Of a stretch of 64,000 nucleotides of DNA, positions 15,760 through 26,978 are shown in pieces. The stretch lies in NCBI GenBank assembly GCA_964016885.1, contig CAXHJY010001554.1:19898-83897 (forward strand), read 5' to 3'. Below the pieces are notes generated by a model that worked only from the letters and a program-made list of their open reading frames with translations, did not search any database and was not told the origin of the DNA. The position numbers and the translations under genes are program-made. The first letter of the stretch is position 1; every line of letters starts with the position of its first letter. Source of the stretch: Eledone cirrhosa (Eukaryota).

Positions 15760-16974
15760 ATGGCTAACACACGTTCAAAATCCTCTACTGAATCCCTCAA
15801 ATCGGATACACTACTACAGGAAATATCAGAAAAACTCACCATAATAATAGATAAATATGATTCCCTTACGAATGCCGTACAAGAAATGGAACAACAAACA
15901 CGCAGCTATAGGGAAAAACTTGATTCACTAATTACAGACCGACAAAAACAAGAACAAACCTTTTCTCCTGAAATAGCTACACATGAACAGAACTCCATCA
16001 CCAATAATGCATTCAAAGAATGGAATGAACTGAATCTAGAAAAAGAAGCCTACAGAAAAAGAAACCAAATGAAAAACATTTGGAACCAACTATTAAATCA
16101 AAGGAAACAGGCATACTGGAAAGCCTTGAGGAGTGAAAACCTAGCAGACACATACGAAATATGGCGTAGCAAGGAACCAGTTATCCTCCCGAGAAAATTC
16201 CGAATTAAAGAAATACCATCGGAATCAAAGGAAGAAACTGCAACAAGACTAAATCTAGCACTCCAAACACTTGAGACCGAAATCACCCTACTCCGCCTAA
16301 GAGTGCCAAAATTCAAAGAGAAATTTGAAAAATGCGACACCACCATACAAGAGGAAATAAACAAAAGAAGCAGCGGCAATGTACGTGAAAAACTCCTTAA
16401 CCTATGGCAGACAGATACAACTAGAGAGGAGTTAAAATATAAGAAAATCTTGGAGTCAAGAACTCAATGGCTTCAATAATATGAAGATAACTATGGGAAA
16501 GACCAAATAAAACCCAGAAAACAAAACCATAGGAAACCCCAGAACTCAGGAAAATACAACAACACAAGAAATGAAGCACCCACACACAATAAACCAACAA
16601 CAACCAGATATTGGGTAACCCCAAACACACAACTACATACAGACCCAATACTCAACACCAGAACCAGATACAACCACTGCCATAACACCAAGAACAATTA
16701 CCGGAGACAAAATCAAAGACACATGAATACTGAACGAAACAACAGAAGAACCAGACCCCCATACAGCAACGACCACGCAAGAGTCTATCGCCCAACCAGT
16801 TACCGGCATGAAGTTCCGGCGGGCCAAAGGTTTCACCACAACAGAAACACCCCTATCCCAAATGGCACCCATTTTTTAGGACTAGGGGCCTCGCACCAAA
16901 TGAAAGAAAAAAAGAAAAAAGCACCACCTTTCAAGTGGCACCTGACGAGGAAGAACCAATCGAACCAAAAATAA
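15760..16974 (+). pseudogene. PLE upstream ORF1 (helical/coiled-coil-like N-half, basic N/T/R-rich C-half), one premature TAA at 16477
   Basis: ORFs 15760-16479 and 16723-16974 are in the same frame and the sequence between them has no further stop. Confidence 0.65.
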
Positions 16975-19200
16975 TCAATATATCAGCCAAGAAATTAACA
17001 CAACCAGAAATACAACTGTTAGAAAATGGACTGAAGTTCACTCCCACTCCAAAAGCAGATACAGCCGACGTTATAAAAGACACAGAAGAATACTGTCGAA
17101 AATTACGCTTAGGAGAATTTTCCAGGGTGTACAATACGAGGAAGAATCACTGGTGAAAAACAAAAAGAACTTCACACCCCCGCCAAATAGAGATAAATAC
17201 CTGGAGGAATACATAACCTGCCTTCGCCGATCAGCACGTACAAATACGGCCGAGACGAAACACAAACGCAACATCCCTACAGACCAACTACTAGCATTGA
17301 ACAAGCTACAAAGGGATTCCTCAATAATAATAAAAGAAGCGGACAAAGGTGAAGTAATCGTCATCATGGACAATAACCACTACAAAGATATGGTTCTAGC
17401 ACACTTGAATGACGAAAACTTCTACAGGAAAATCACTAAAAACGAAGAAAGGAAATCGAGGAACCAAATAGGCAAACTAACAACAAAGTACCAAAACAAC
17501 CTAACACCAAAAGAAATAGATTACCTAACCAACTTCGAAATGAAAACCAGCAATTTCTATGGATTACCAAAAATTCACAAATCCATAGAAATCCAAAACA
17601 ACATAAAAGGGAAAAATACATCATACATCGAAGCACCAAAACCGACAGACTTAAAATTACGCCCCATTATTGCTGGCCCAGCCTCAAGCACACAACGTCT
17701 TAGCAACCTATTAGACATCATACTCAAACCCCTATGTAAAAAAAGTTCCAAGCTACATCAGAGATGATATGGAATTCCTTAACTATATCCCCCAAAAAGT
17801 ACACCAGGATACAATCCTAGTCAGTTTTGATGTAATAAGCCTGTACACTAACATCCCACACGACCTAGGGATTGAAGCTGTGGACTTCTGGATTACAAAA
17901 CACTCAAGTCACATTTCAGAAAGATTCCCCAAAGAATTCATCTTGGAAGGACTTAAATTAGTATTGGAAAACAACCACTTCCTCTTTGACAACGAACTTT
18001 ATCTACAAATAAAAGGAACAGCCATGGGTACCAAAGTGGCCCCTACATATGCAACGCTCGTTATGGGTCACTTAGAGGCAAAATTATATTCCCAACTACA
18101 GATAACATTCAGTCACGACTTCGCCTTCTACATTAATAAAACTGGAAACGTTACCTAGATGACTGCTTCATCTTCTGGAACAGAAGCCAAACAGACCTAC
18201 AAAAATTTTATTCGATCTTAAACAGGCTTCATGAAGCTATACAATTCACTATGGAATGTAACGAAAAGGAACTGCCCTTTCTAGATATCCTCATCATTAA
18301 AGAAGGGGAAAATATCATAACGGACCTATTTTGCAAACCCACTGACACACACCAAAACTTAAATTTCCGGTCAGCACACCCCTCACATACGAAAAGGAAC
18401 ATTCCCTTCAACGTGGCAAGGCGCATCTGCACTATAGCAACACACCCCGTACTACAAGAAAAAAGATTATGTGACCTGAAAAAATTCCTTAAAAAACAAG
18501 AATACCCGATGAAACTCATCAACGCAGACATCTCCAAGGCTAAGAACATCCCAATAACAACACTGAGAAAACCAAACCCACAACATAAAAAAGAAAACCC
18601 TGCTATCTCTTTTGTCATCACTCACAACCCAGGGAACATCAACATTGTGAAAACTGCTAAGCAGTATCTCCCGATTCTACAGCAATCTACCAAAATGAAT
18701 GCACTCTTAAAAACACACAGATAATTTATAGCAGACGCCAAGCACCCAACCTTAAAAAACTAATTACCAAGGCAAAATTTACGACCAACATGGAATCAAT
18801 GCAAGTGACGAAATGCGGGGACCCTAGATGTGGAACCTGTGAACTCATCGAAGAGGGCAAACAGTTGTCCTTCAAAAACCATGATAATTTCAAGGTCAAT
18901 GCAAACATGAACTGCAAAACGAAAAACCTAATATATTGCGCAACATGTCCACAGTGTAAAGAGTATTACATTGGGGAAACCGGAACGGGATTACATGATA
19001 GAGTCCGGGTACATAAACAACAAATTAAAGACCCCACAGTCAGAAATACCACATGTAGCGCACACTTTGCATCATGCGGGAAGGGAAAATTCACAATCTT
19101 CCCTTTCTTCAAGATATGGTCGGATAACGAACATTTCCGCAGATATAAAGAAGAATTCTTCATTGAAAAATTTAATCCACTACTGAACACGAAAAAATGA
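16872..19200 (+). pseudogene. PLE RT + zinc knuckle + GIY-YIG ORF, about 4 frameshifts (near 17135, 17740, 18135, 18720)
   Basis: IINISAKKLT..GLKFTPTP, IKEADKG, FYGLPKIHK, RPII, SFDVISLYTNI, GTAMG, RYLDD, LPFLDI, CGDPRCGTC, IYCATCPQC..YIGETG, RVRVH..AHF, E..FI....P.LN. Confidence 0.92.
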
Positions 19201-19284
19201 ATTAACACTCGGAGGTAGAATTCCATTTCACTACCACCCCCCTATCTTCTTATGTGTACACATGAATATCTGAGTGAACGGTGA

Positions 19285-19420
19285 GACACACACATATGTG
19301 TGTAGGTATGTATGGATGTATGTACGTGTGGGTATATATGTATGTGGGTGTGTGTATGTGTGTGTGTATATATATGTATGGATGTGTGTATATATATGTA
19401 TGGATGTGTGTATGTTTGTA

Positions 19421-19451
<31 letters not shown>

Positions 19452-19502
19452 GTGTGTATGTGTGTATATATATGTATATGTATGTATGTGTATGTTTGTG
19501 TA

Positions 19503-19534
<32 letters not shown>

Positions 19535-19743
19535 GATATATGTTTATGTGTGTGTGTATGTATATGTATGTATCTATATGTGTGTGTGTGTGTATGTATG
19601 TGCATATATGTATATATGTGTGTACATATGTGTATGTTTCTGTATGTGTATATGTATGTATGTATGTAGATGTATGTATATATATGTATATATATATATA
19701 TGTATATATGTATGTATATATGTGTCTTTATGTGGTTGTGTGT

Positions 19744-19786
<43 letters not shown>

Positions 19787-19798
19787 CTTGTATGTGTA

Positions 19799-19831
<33 letters not shown>

Positions 19832-19935
19832 GTGTATATATATATATATAGATATATGTATGTGTATATGTATGTATATGTGTGTATGTGTCTGTATGTG
19901 TTTATGTGTACATATATGTATGTATGTATATATGT

Positions 19936-19979
<44 letters not shown>

Positions 19980-20392
19980 ATGCCTCTCTCTCTCTATATA
20001 TATATGTATATATATGTATGTGTGTATGTGTGTGTGTGTATGCATGTATGTGTGAACGGAGGTATATATACGGACATATGTATATATGTGTGTGTGTACA
20101 CGTGTGTGTGTGTGTGTGTGTGTGTGGGGGGGGGGGGGGTATATATGTATATTTAGTTATGTATCTTTATGTATGTATATGTATGTATGTATATATATAT
20201 ATACCCATGTGGAGGTATGAGTACATATTCGTGTGTGTACGTATGGGTATATGTGTTTTTGTATGTGTCTTTATGTTTTTGTGTATGTATGTGGATGTAT
20301 ATGTACATGGGTGTGTGATTGATGGTGTGTGCCTATATATTCCTACATATGCCCGTGTGTGTATGTACGTATATACGCACATATGTGTGTGT
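19285..20392 (+). repeat. (TG)/(TA)/(TATG) compound microsatellite inside the PLE 3' UTR
   Basis: Lies between the RT/EN stop and the 3' pLTR. Confidence 0.9.
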
Positions 20393-20722
20393 TGAACAAA
20401 GGACTAATTTTGGGATGGACGTAGAAAAATTCTTCATAAAAAAATAATTGTTTACAAACTTGGCAGGTGCGATTTGCTTGTGACCATTCTCAACACAAAG
20501 GAATCCCCTGAATAAAGGAATTTTTCGAGAATGACCGGGGCAGGCCACACTTGCTACATTTCTCCCCACCCACCCCTACTCACCGTCTCAACTCATTACT
20601 GCTATTAACACTTTTTCAACACACCTACACCCATACACTTATTAAAAAGGGGGAGAAAAAACCCCACCACACCACAGACATGTTAAATCCCTATATATAG
20701 AACGACACACCACATACACAAC

Positions 20723-20810
20723 AGTTTGACAAGCGCACCTCAGCGTGAAAGGTCGTTCTAAAAACGAAACAATACCTCCTACGTTAACCAAGAACTCCTA
20801 AGACCTAACT
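20723..20810 (+). ncRNA. Hammerhead motif with U3-A8 core and long stem III, family F (copies at 15282-15366 minus and 15478-15562 plus)
   Basis: AGT-TTGACAA-GCGC-acctca-GCGT-GAAA-GGTC-GTTCT..AGAAC..GACC-TA-ACT; CUA triplet; stem I only 3 bp. Confidence 0.6.
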
Positions 20811-20980
20811 TAATTTATAAAATAATTTTTTTTAAGAAAAAAAATTTTTTTCTAATCCGGAAAAAGTTCTTTTGGGATTTTGTGAAGAAAATAAATTTGT
20901 TGAACGTACAAGTGAAGCCATTTTTTCTTCCCCCCTGTCTAAATATACATATATATATAAATATATATATAAATATATAT

Positions 20981-22444
20981 GGAAAGTTATATTTAAAATT
21001 GTTGGGTTACAACTAGTAAATATTTATAACTGGTATAAAAGCACTCGACAAATATTTGGAGTATATTTACAATATTAAATAAATGGAAAACTATATTTAT
21101 AAAACCATATCTATTTCATTATATATATTTCGGGGATATCATTAACAATATGCTATGCCTTCATCAGACAAAATACAATATAAACAGTTTTATAGACAAA
21201 TAAGTTCGACATACCGTTATAACACCGACTTCATTTGAAGAGGTTTACTCTGGCTGTGAAAAAATTTTACACAGGGAGAAAGAAAAAGAGAGAAAACAGA
21301 AAGAAAGACAGAAAACGAAGAAAAGGAAGAAAAAGAAGAGAAAGAGGAAATGCATGGAACAAAATAGAGAGATGGAAAGATAGATAAAGCGAAGAACTTC
21401 ATGTAAAGAAACAGAAAGATATATATATATATATATAGAGAGAGAGGAAATAGAGATAGATACATATATATATATATAGAAAATTAGGTAGTGGGAGGTC
21501 ATTTTGAGTAAATGTATCAATGATACGTTTATTTATTTATTTATTTATTTAGCTCAAGTATTAATGTAAGGGAGATATATATAGAGAGAAAAAAATATAT
21601 AGAGAGAGGAGAGGAAAAAATATAGAGAGAGGAAAAAATAGCGAGAGAAAAAAATTTAAAAATAGCCAGATATATTCGAGGCGTAAAAACCCTATGTTTT
21701 AATGTATTAATATTTATAGATAATTAATTTTCACACATTATAGATACTTGTCTCATTCAGGAATACTGATATTTACAATATAGTGTAAGTTTTATAAATA
21801 TTAATACATTAAAACATAGGGTTTTTACGCCTCATATATATCTGGCTATTTTTAAATTTTTTTCTCTCGCTATTTTTTCCTCTCTCTATATTTTTTCCTC
21901 TCCTCTCTCTATATATTTTTTTCTCTCTCTCTATATATATCTCCCTTACATTAATACTTGAGCTAAATAAATAAATAAATAAATAAACGTATCATTGATA
22001 CATTTACTCAAAATGACCTCCCACTACCTAATTTTCTATATATATATATGTATCTATCTCTATTTCCTCTCTCTCTATATATATATATATATCTTTCTGT
22101 TTCTTTACATGAAGTTCTTCGCTTTATCTATCTTTCCATCTCTCTATTTTGTTCCATGCATTTCCTCTTTCTCTTCTTTTTCTTCCTTTTCTTCGTTTTC
22201 TGTCTTTCTTTCTGTTTTCTCTCTTTTTCTTTCTCCCTGTGTAAAACTTTTTCACAGCCAGAGTAAACCTCTTCAAATGAAGTCGGTGTTATAACGGTAT
22301 GTCGAACTTATTTGTCTATAAAACTGTTTATATTGTATTTTGTCTGATGAAGGCATAGCATATTGTTAATATGATATCCCCGAAATATATATAATGAAAT
22401 AGATATGGTTTTATAAATATAGTTTTCCATTTATTTAATATTGT
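20981..22444. mobile_element. Inverted pair of family B 3' ends (non-coding)
   Basis: 20981-21718 (minus) and 21730-22444 (plus) both match 6290-7078; hammerheads at 21112-21175 (minus) and 22336-22401 (plus). Confidence 0.85.
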
Positions 22445-22534
22445 ATATAAATATATATATATAAATATAAATATATATATGTGCGTGTGCGTGTGTGTGT
22501 GTGTGTATGCACGTGTGTGAGTACATAAATATGT

Positions 22535-22790
22535 CATCATCATCATTGTTTAACGTCTATCTTCCACGCTAGCATGGGTTTAGACGAGAATTGTCCTACT
22601 TGACACAAGATTGGGTGAGTGACCATGTCTCGCTCATATAAGACTATCTGGCAGGTTTTCTACGGTTGGATGCTCTTCCTAACACCAACCACACAGTGTA
22701 TATATATCTACGGCTGGATCCCCTTCCTAACACCAACCACACAGTGTATATATATCTACGGCTGGATCCCATTCCTAACACAGTGTATGT
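22535..22790 (-). mobile_element. SINE/LINE 3' tail fragment with (ATG)n end and an internal about 48-bp tandem triplication
   Basis: catcatcatcattgtttaacgtc tail; unit ctacggctggatccccttcctaacaccaaccacacagtg repeated at 22660-22785. Confidence 0.5.
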
Positions 22791-22899
22791 ATATATATAC
22801 ATATATAAATACAAGGGAACGCGCGAAAGCTTCAACAACATCATCATCTTTGTCGCTTCTCTTGGATTGCCTCTAGAACGTAACCTTATTATGTAAGAA

Positions 22900-22974
22900 G
22901 CTGTCTGATGAGATCATGGCACTGGTTAGATGGAATCACATGGCCACTGTAGTCCTTGAAATATGTATCACAGC
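22900..22974 (+). ncRNA. Hammerhead motif, family G, in an orphan pLTR fragment (22810-23025)
   Basis: GCTGT-CTGATGA-..-GAAA-TATGTA-TC-ACAGC; AUC triplet. Confidence 0.72.
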
Positions 22975-23039
22975 CTTATCAATAAAGAACTTCAACATCT
23001 GAAACTACTTCGCATTTTCTTATTTTATATATATATATA

Positions 23040-24580
23040 TATCACAGAAAAAAGAGAATCAGTGTTGCGACGAAAGGAATTTATTGGACATATTACAATC
23101 GTTTCTCTGGCGACCAGCTCGAGGCACGATCGATGCGATGATCGAACCTGACTCTGAAATCGCAAGGTCCTCAGATACGTCTCGATTCTTTAACATCGAA
23201 TTCCTTCGTTTGTTGATTTAGATTCTGTTGTTGTCATTCCATGAGTGGTCAAGAATTGTACACGACATCGGTATTTCAAGCCACTCATGGTTGCCCACTG
23301 TTTGGTTCTTCTCGTTCTCCACCTGTCAGTTAAAATATCTTCATGTATCCGAATTACTACTGTGGTGGGAAAGGGGCTGTGATCTTGAACGGCTGGCATC
23401 ACTTCGACGTGTTCAATGACCCAAGGCGCCCTATTCCACAGCGGTCAGGTATACACCCGCAATTATGCTGTATGCGGCAGTCATTGTAAATAATGTTTGG
23501 CGGGAATTCCTTTAAAAAACAAATCATAGGAATATTTAGCATAACATTTGGAACTGGATACAGGCCTACACCGACCATATCACAAGCCCAACGAGAACCT
23601 GCAGTATGTTAACAGGCACTCAAACCACTCCAAGTCGCTTATTGATGCTATAGTGAAGGGGGTATCCATCCGAGTATCCACACTCTCCGCCAACATTGAT
23701 GTGTTCAATCAGCACGCCGACTACTACAATGAGGCACTGGGCAGGGCCGGTACATAGAGGCCATAGTGTACACCCCGGATAAAGGCAGGCCGCAGAGTGA
23801 TGAACACAAACACCTAGACACCGCTAGTAATAACTTAGGTGTTTGCTTATGGGTAGGTTGTCTGCCTAACAGTATAGATAGGAGTATTAAACTTGACAGT
23901 GATGGCAGCACAGTGCATAGACAGTCGAGGGAGCTTGGGAACCCTAGGGACCACAACACATGGACTGAACAGTAGTAACACCTCGGACGAGGGCGGGTTA
24001 ACCATAGATAGTGAAGTAGATAACACAGCTCGGAGCTCTATGGTTAAAGGACAATAATTGCGGGTGTATACCTGACCGCTGTAGACTAAGGTCCCTGGGG
24101 GCAATGAAGACGTCGAAGTGATGCCAGCCGTTCAAGATCACAGCCCCTCTCCCACCACAGTAGAAATTCTGATATATGGAGAAATTCTGATTGACAGGTG
24201 GAGAATGAGAGGAAGCAAGAAGTGGGCAACCATGAGTGGCTAGAAATACCGGTGACGTGTACAATTCTTGACCACTCATGGAATGACAACAACAGGATCT
24301 AAATCAACAAACGAAGGAATTCGATGTTAAAAGACAATAGGAAAATCTGCTTCGTAGAATCGAGACGTTTCTGAGGACCGCGCGATTTCAGAGTCAGGTT
24401 CGATCATCAAATCCATCGTGCCACGAGCTGGTCACCCGAGAAACGATTGTAATATGTCCAATAAATTGCATTCGTCGCAACACTGATTCTCTTTTTTTCT
24501 GTGATATCATACTCTGTTCTACGAGAGCATCGAGTGCTCATACGGTCTACCGCATACGGGCGCTTTAAGCATCCAACACC

Positions 24581-24585
<5 letters not shown>
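23040..24585 (+). mobile_element. Deleted PLE with diverged inverted pLTR arms, family H
   Basis: 23040-23465 is an imperfect inverted repeat of 24055-24506; 23548-23757 encodes LHRPYHKPNENLQYVNRHSNH..YYNEALGRAG, homologous to the RT thumb of 3853-5190. Confidence 0.82.
24364..24458 (+). ncRNA. Hammerhead motif, family H (second copy 23087-23181, minus)
   Basis: GACGT(A/T)T-CTGAGGA-(62 nt)-GAAA-CGATTG-TA-ATATGTC; GUA triplet. Confidence 0.75.
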
Positions 24586-24635
<50 letters not shown>

Positions 24636-24668
24636 TAAGTATGTTTTGAAACAGTGAGCAGGTTTGAA

Positions 24669-24800
24669 ATTAGAAAATTGAATAGCTTTCACCCTATTTT
24701 TGACTAAAGAAATTTTAGTCTGATAATGGGGTTTAAACCCCATTATCAGACTAAAATTTCTTTAGTCAAAAATACGGTGAAAGCTATTCTATTTTCTAAT
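24669..24800. repeat. Near-perfect about 130-bp palindrome heading a pLTR fragment (24640-25110)
   Basis: Centre ggggtttaaacccc at 24728-24741; arms differ at two positions. Confidence 0.9.
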
Positions 24801-24809
24801 TATTGGGCA

Positions 24810-24936
24810 CCCACTGAAGAATTCTAAGAGCCCACTTGAATATGTATCTGTTGATCTTATACAAGCTCCTACATAAATTGATATAATTTCACCCAAATTG
24901 TAGGAATCTTATAATGAAACGAGACGTCCGTCTGGG
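24810..24936 (+). ncRNA. Hammerhead motif, family I (long stem II)
   Basis: CCCA-CTGAAGA-ATTcTAAGA..TCTTAtAAT-GAAA-CG-agacgtc-CG-TC-TGGG; GUC triplet. Confidence 0.68.
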
Positions 24937-25106
24937 AAGAGATATATTCGATATATCTCATATGAAATAATACAGCCAATTTTCCACACAATACAATTAG
25001 TTAGCACCCCGAACGTTTAATTAGGAATATACTCACTTATTTCCTAATGTTTGTTGAGTGAGTTGGGATTTGGCCGGACTATCGCTATAAGCTTTCTCCG
25101 ATAATG

Positions 25107-25158
<52 letters not shown>

Positions 25159-25999
25159 AAACTAATATCTCATATATCAGACTCTGTATCTGAAGGATTG
25201 ACTGAGGGAAACACGGAACCAATCTCTGGATCTCACTGAACTACTGGCTAACGGAATACATTGAGTTCTAACTACGGTATAGACCCTAGCATAAAAGGTA
25301 GAACTCACTACAAGTAGCTGACTGCTGTAGCTGGTCACGTGACAGTTGACAGGTCAAAGGTGAGACGAAGAATGTACAGTGTATTGTAGCAAGACACTAA
25401 ATGACACGAGTTCTAACCCCTTCAACTCCCCCTAACAGTACCCCCCAACCGTATCCCCCCCTTCAACTGTAGCACCCCCACCCCTTCAATGTCCTTTCTC
25501 TCTCTCTCCCTCTTACTTTTACGAGAGTCATCTGAATAGTTCATAGACTGACTATAGAGGAGTGATGCTAGAGCTGTGAAAATCTTGTATGCATTAATTT
25601 CAACTCCTCTTATTAATAAACTGCCTTATTTTTATCCAGGGACTATGTTGAAAAATAAACCTCATTTGGTCATTCCATGAGAGTATCTTGGTTAATCTAT
25701 CAACTTTGAAGCCAACCCTTGTAAACCCTGAAGACGAAAACCCTTCATACATCACCACCCTTTCAATTCTTCTTTGCTCTTGCTTGAGGGGACTATAATT
25801 TTCCTAGGTCAGCGATCCCAGGGGTATCATTGTATTTAGAACTGACCAGGTCCACAAGTTCCCTCCATCTTCACAGCAGCTACAGCTAAAACAATTTTTT
25901 GTAGTCAAACAACACTGATGCTGCTTTGAAATTTACAAACTTCTTATCAGCTCAATCTACATATAAATTTGACAGACTTCCGTCTGCCCGTGCGTCACA

Positions 26000-26292
26000 C
26001 AATGTGTGTGTGAATGTATGTGTGTAAAAGGAAGGAAGGGGATGGTGAAAAAAACTATAGCAAAACAGCGGCTGGCATTCCATTCGCTACACTGTATGTG
26101 AATGTATGCATTTGTGTTTGTGTGAGTGTATGAGTGTGTTTGTGTGAATGTATGTGTGTGTTTGTGTGAATGTATGTGTAAATGTATGTATGTGTGTCTT
26201 TGTGTGCATGTGTTTGTGTAAATATATGTGTGTGTTTGTGTGAATGTATGTGTGTTTGTGTAAATGTATGTGTATGTGTGTGTGAATGCATA
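26000..26292. repeat. (TG)-rich microsatellite
   Basis: Direct reading. Confidence 0.85.
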
Positions 26293-26347
26293 TCTGTCAG
26301 TGTTTATTATTGTAAGTGAGCCTGCGTTTGAGCATTTATATATATAT

Positions 26348-26595
26348 GTTGTTGTTGTTACAGCTCACACCTATGCAGGTTTAGCTGGCCTCCTCCAAGG
26401 TATATCTCGGAGATTTCTTGGTTGATTTAATGATAGGGACCCCAGTCCTATAATCTCATTTCTACAGCTGAGTAAACTGGAGCAATGTGAAATAAAATGT
26501 CTTGCTCAAGGAAACAACGCATCACCCAGTCTGAGAATTGAACTAACAACCTTTCGATTGCAAGGCCAATGCTCTAACCACTAAACCATGCGCCT
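26348..26595 (-). mobile_element. tRNA-derived SINE with (AAC)n tail
   Basis: Minus strand begins GGCGCATGGTTTAGTGGTTAGAGCA (A box) .. GTTCAATTC (B box), then ccttgagcaagaca..ctcagctgta core, ends aacaacaac. Confidence 0.75.
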
Positions 26596-26978
26596 ATATT
26601 TATATACTCATCCATATAAATGTATGCACATACACACATATACACATATGCGTGAGCATGTTGAACAAAATTCGAGTAAATCTAATATTAGATAAATAAA
26701 TTTCCACTTACTCAGTAAAGACAGTTGATCTGATGAAAGGAAATTGTCTCTGCTTTCGAATAGTTTTCTGTTGTAACATGTTTCCTGATACCAACCATCT
26801 TTTGGAGAGGAATAAATATAAACATAAATATATAAACACAGATATATAAACCAAAAAATATATAAACAGATCTTTACATCTTCTCTGCTACTAACATATT
26901 GAGTACTTTATTTAACTGAGGTTTCCTCACAATCTACAATCCCCTTTGGTAAACAGTTCTTGATTATATATATATATA

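Larger units (their letters stand above)
15282..20941 (+). mobile_element. Near full-length Penelope-like element (Neptune/Nematis-like), family F
   Basis: Inverted pLTR 15282-15477 (= rc 20614-20807), direct partial pLTRs 15479-15692 and 20727-20941, upstream ORF, RT/EN ORF, TG/TA-rich 3' UTR. Confidence 0.9.

Noticed and set aside
25150-26000. Possible host exon in non-repetitive-looking DNA (also 63714-64000)
   Set aside because: No ORF, splice pattern or motif I can support; left unannotated.
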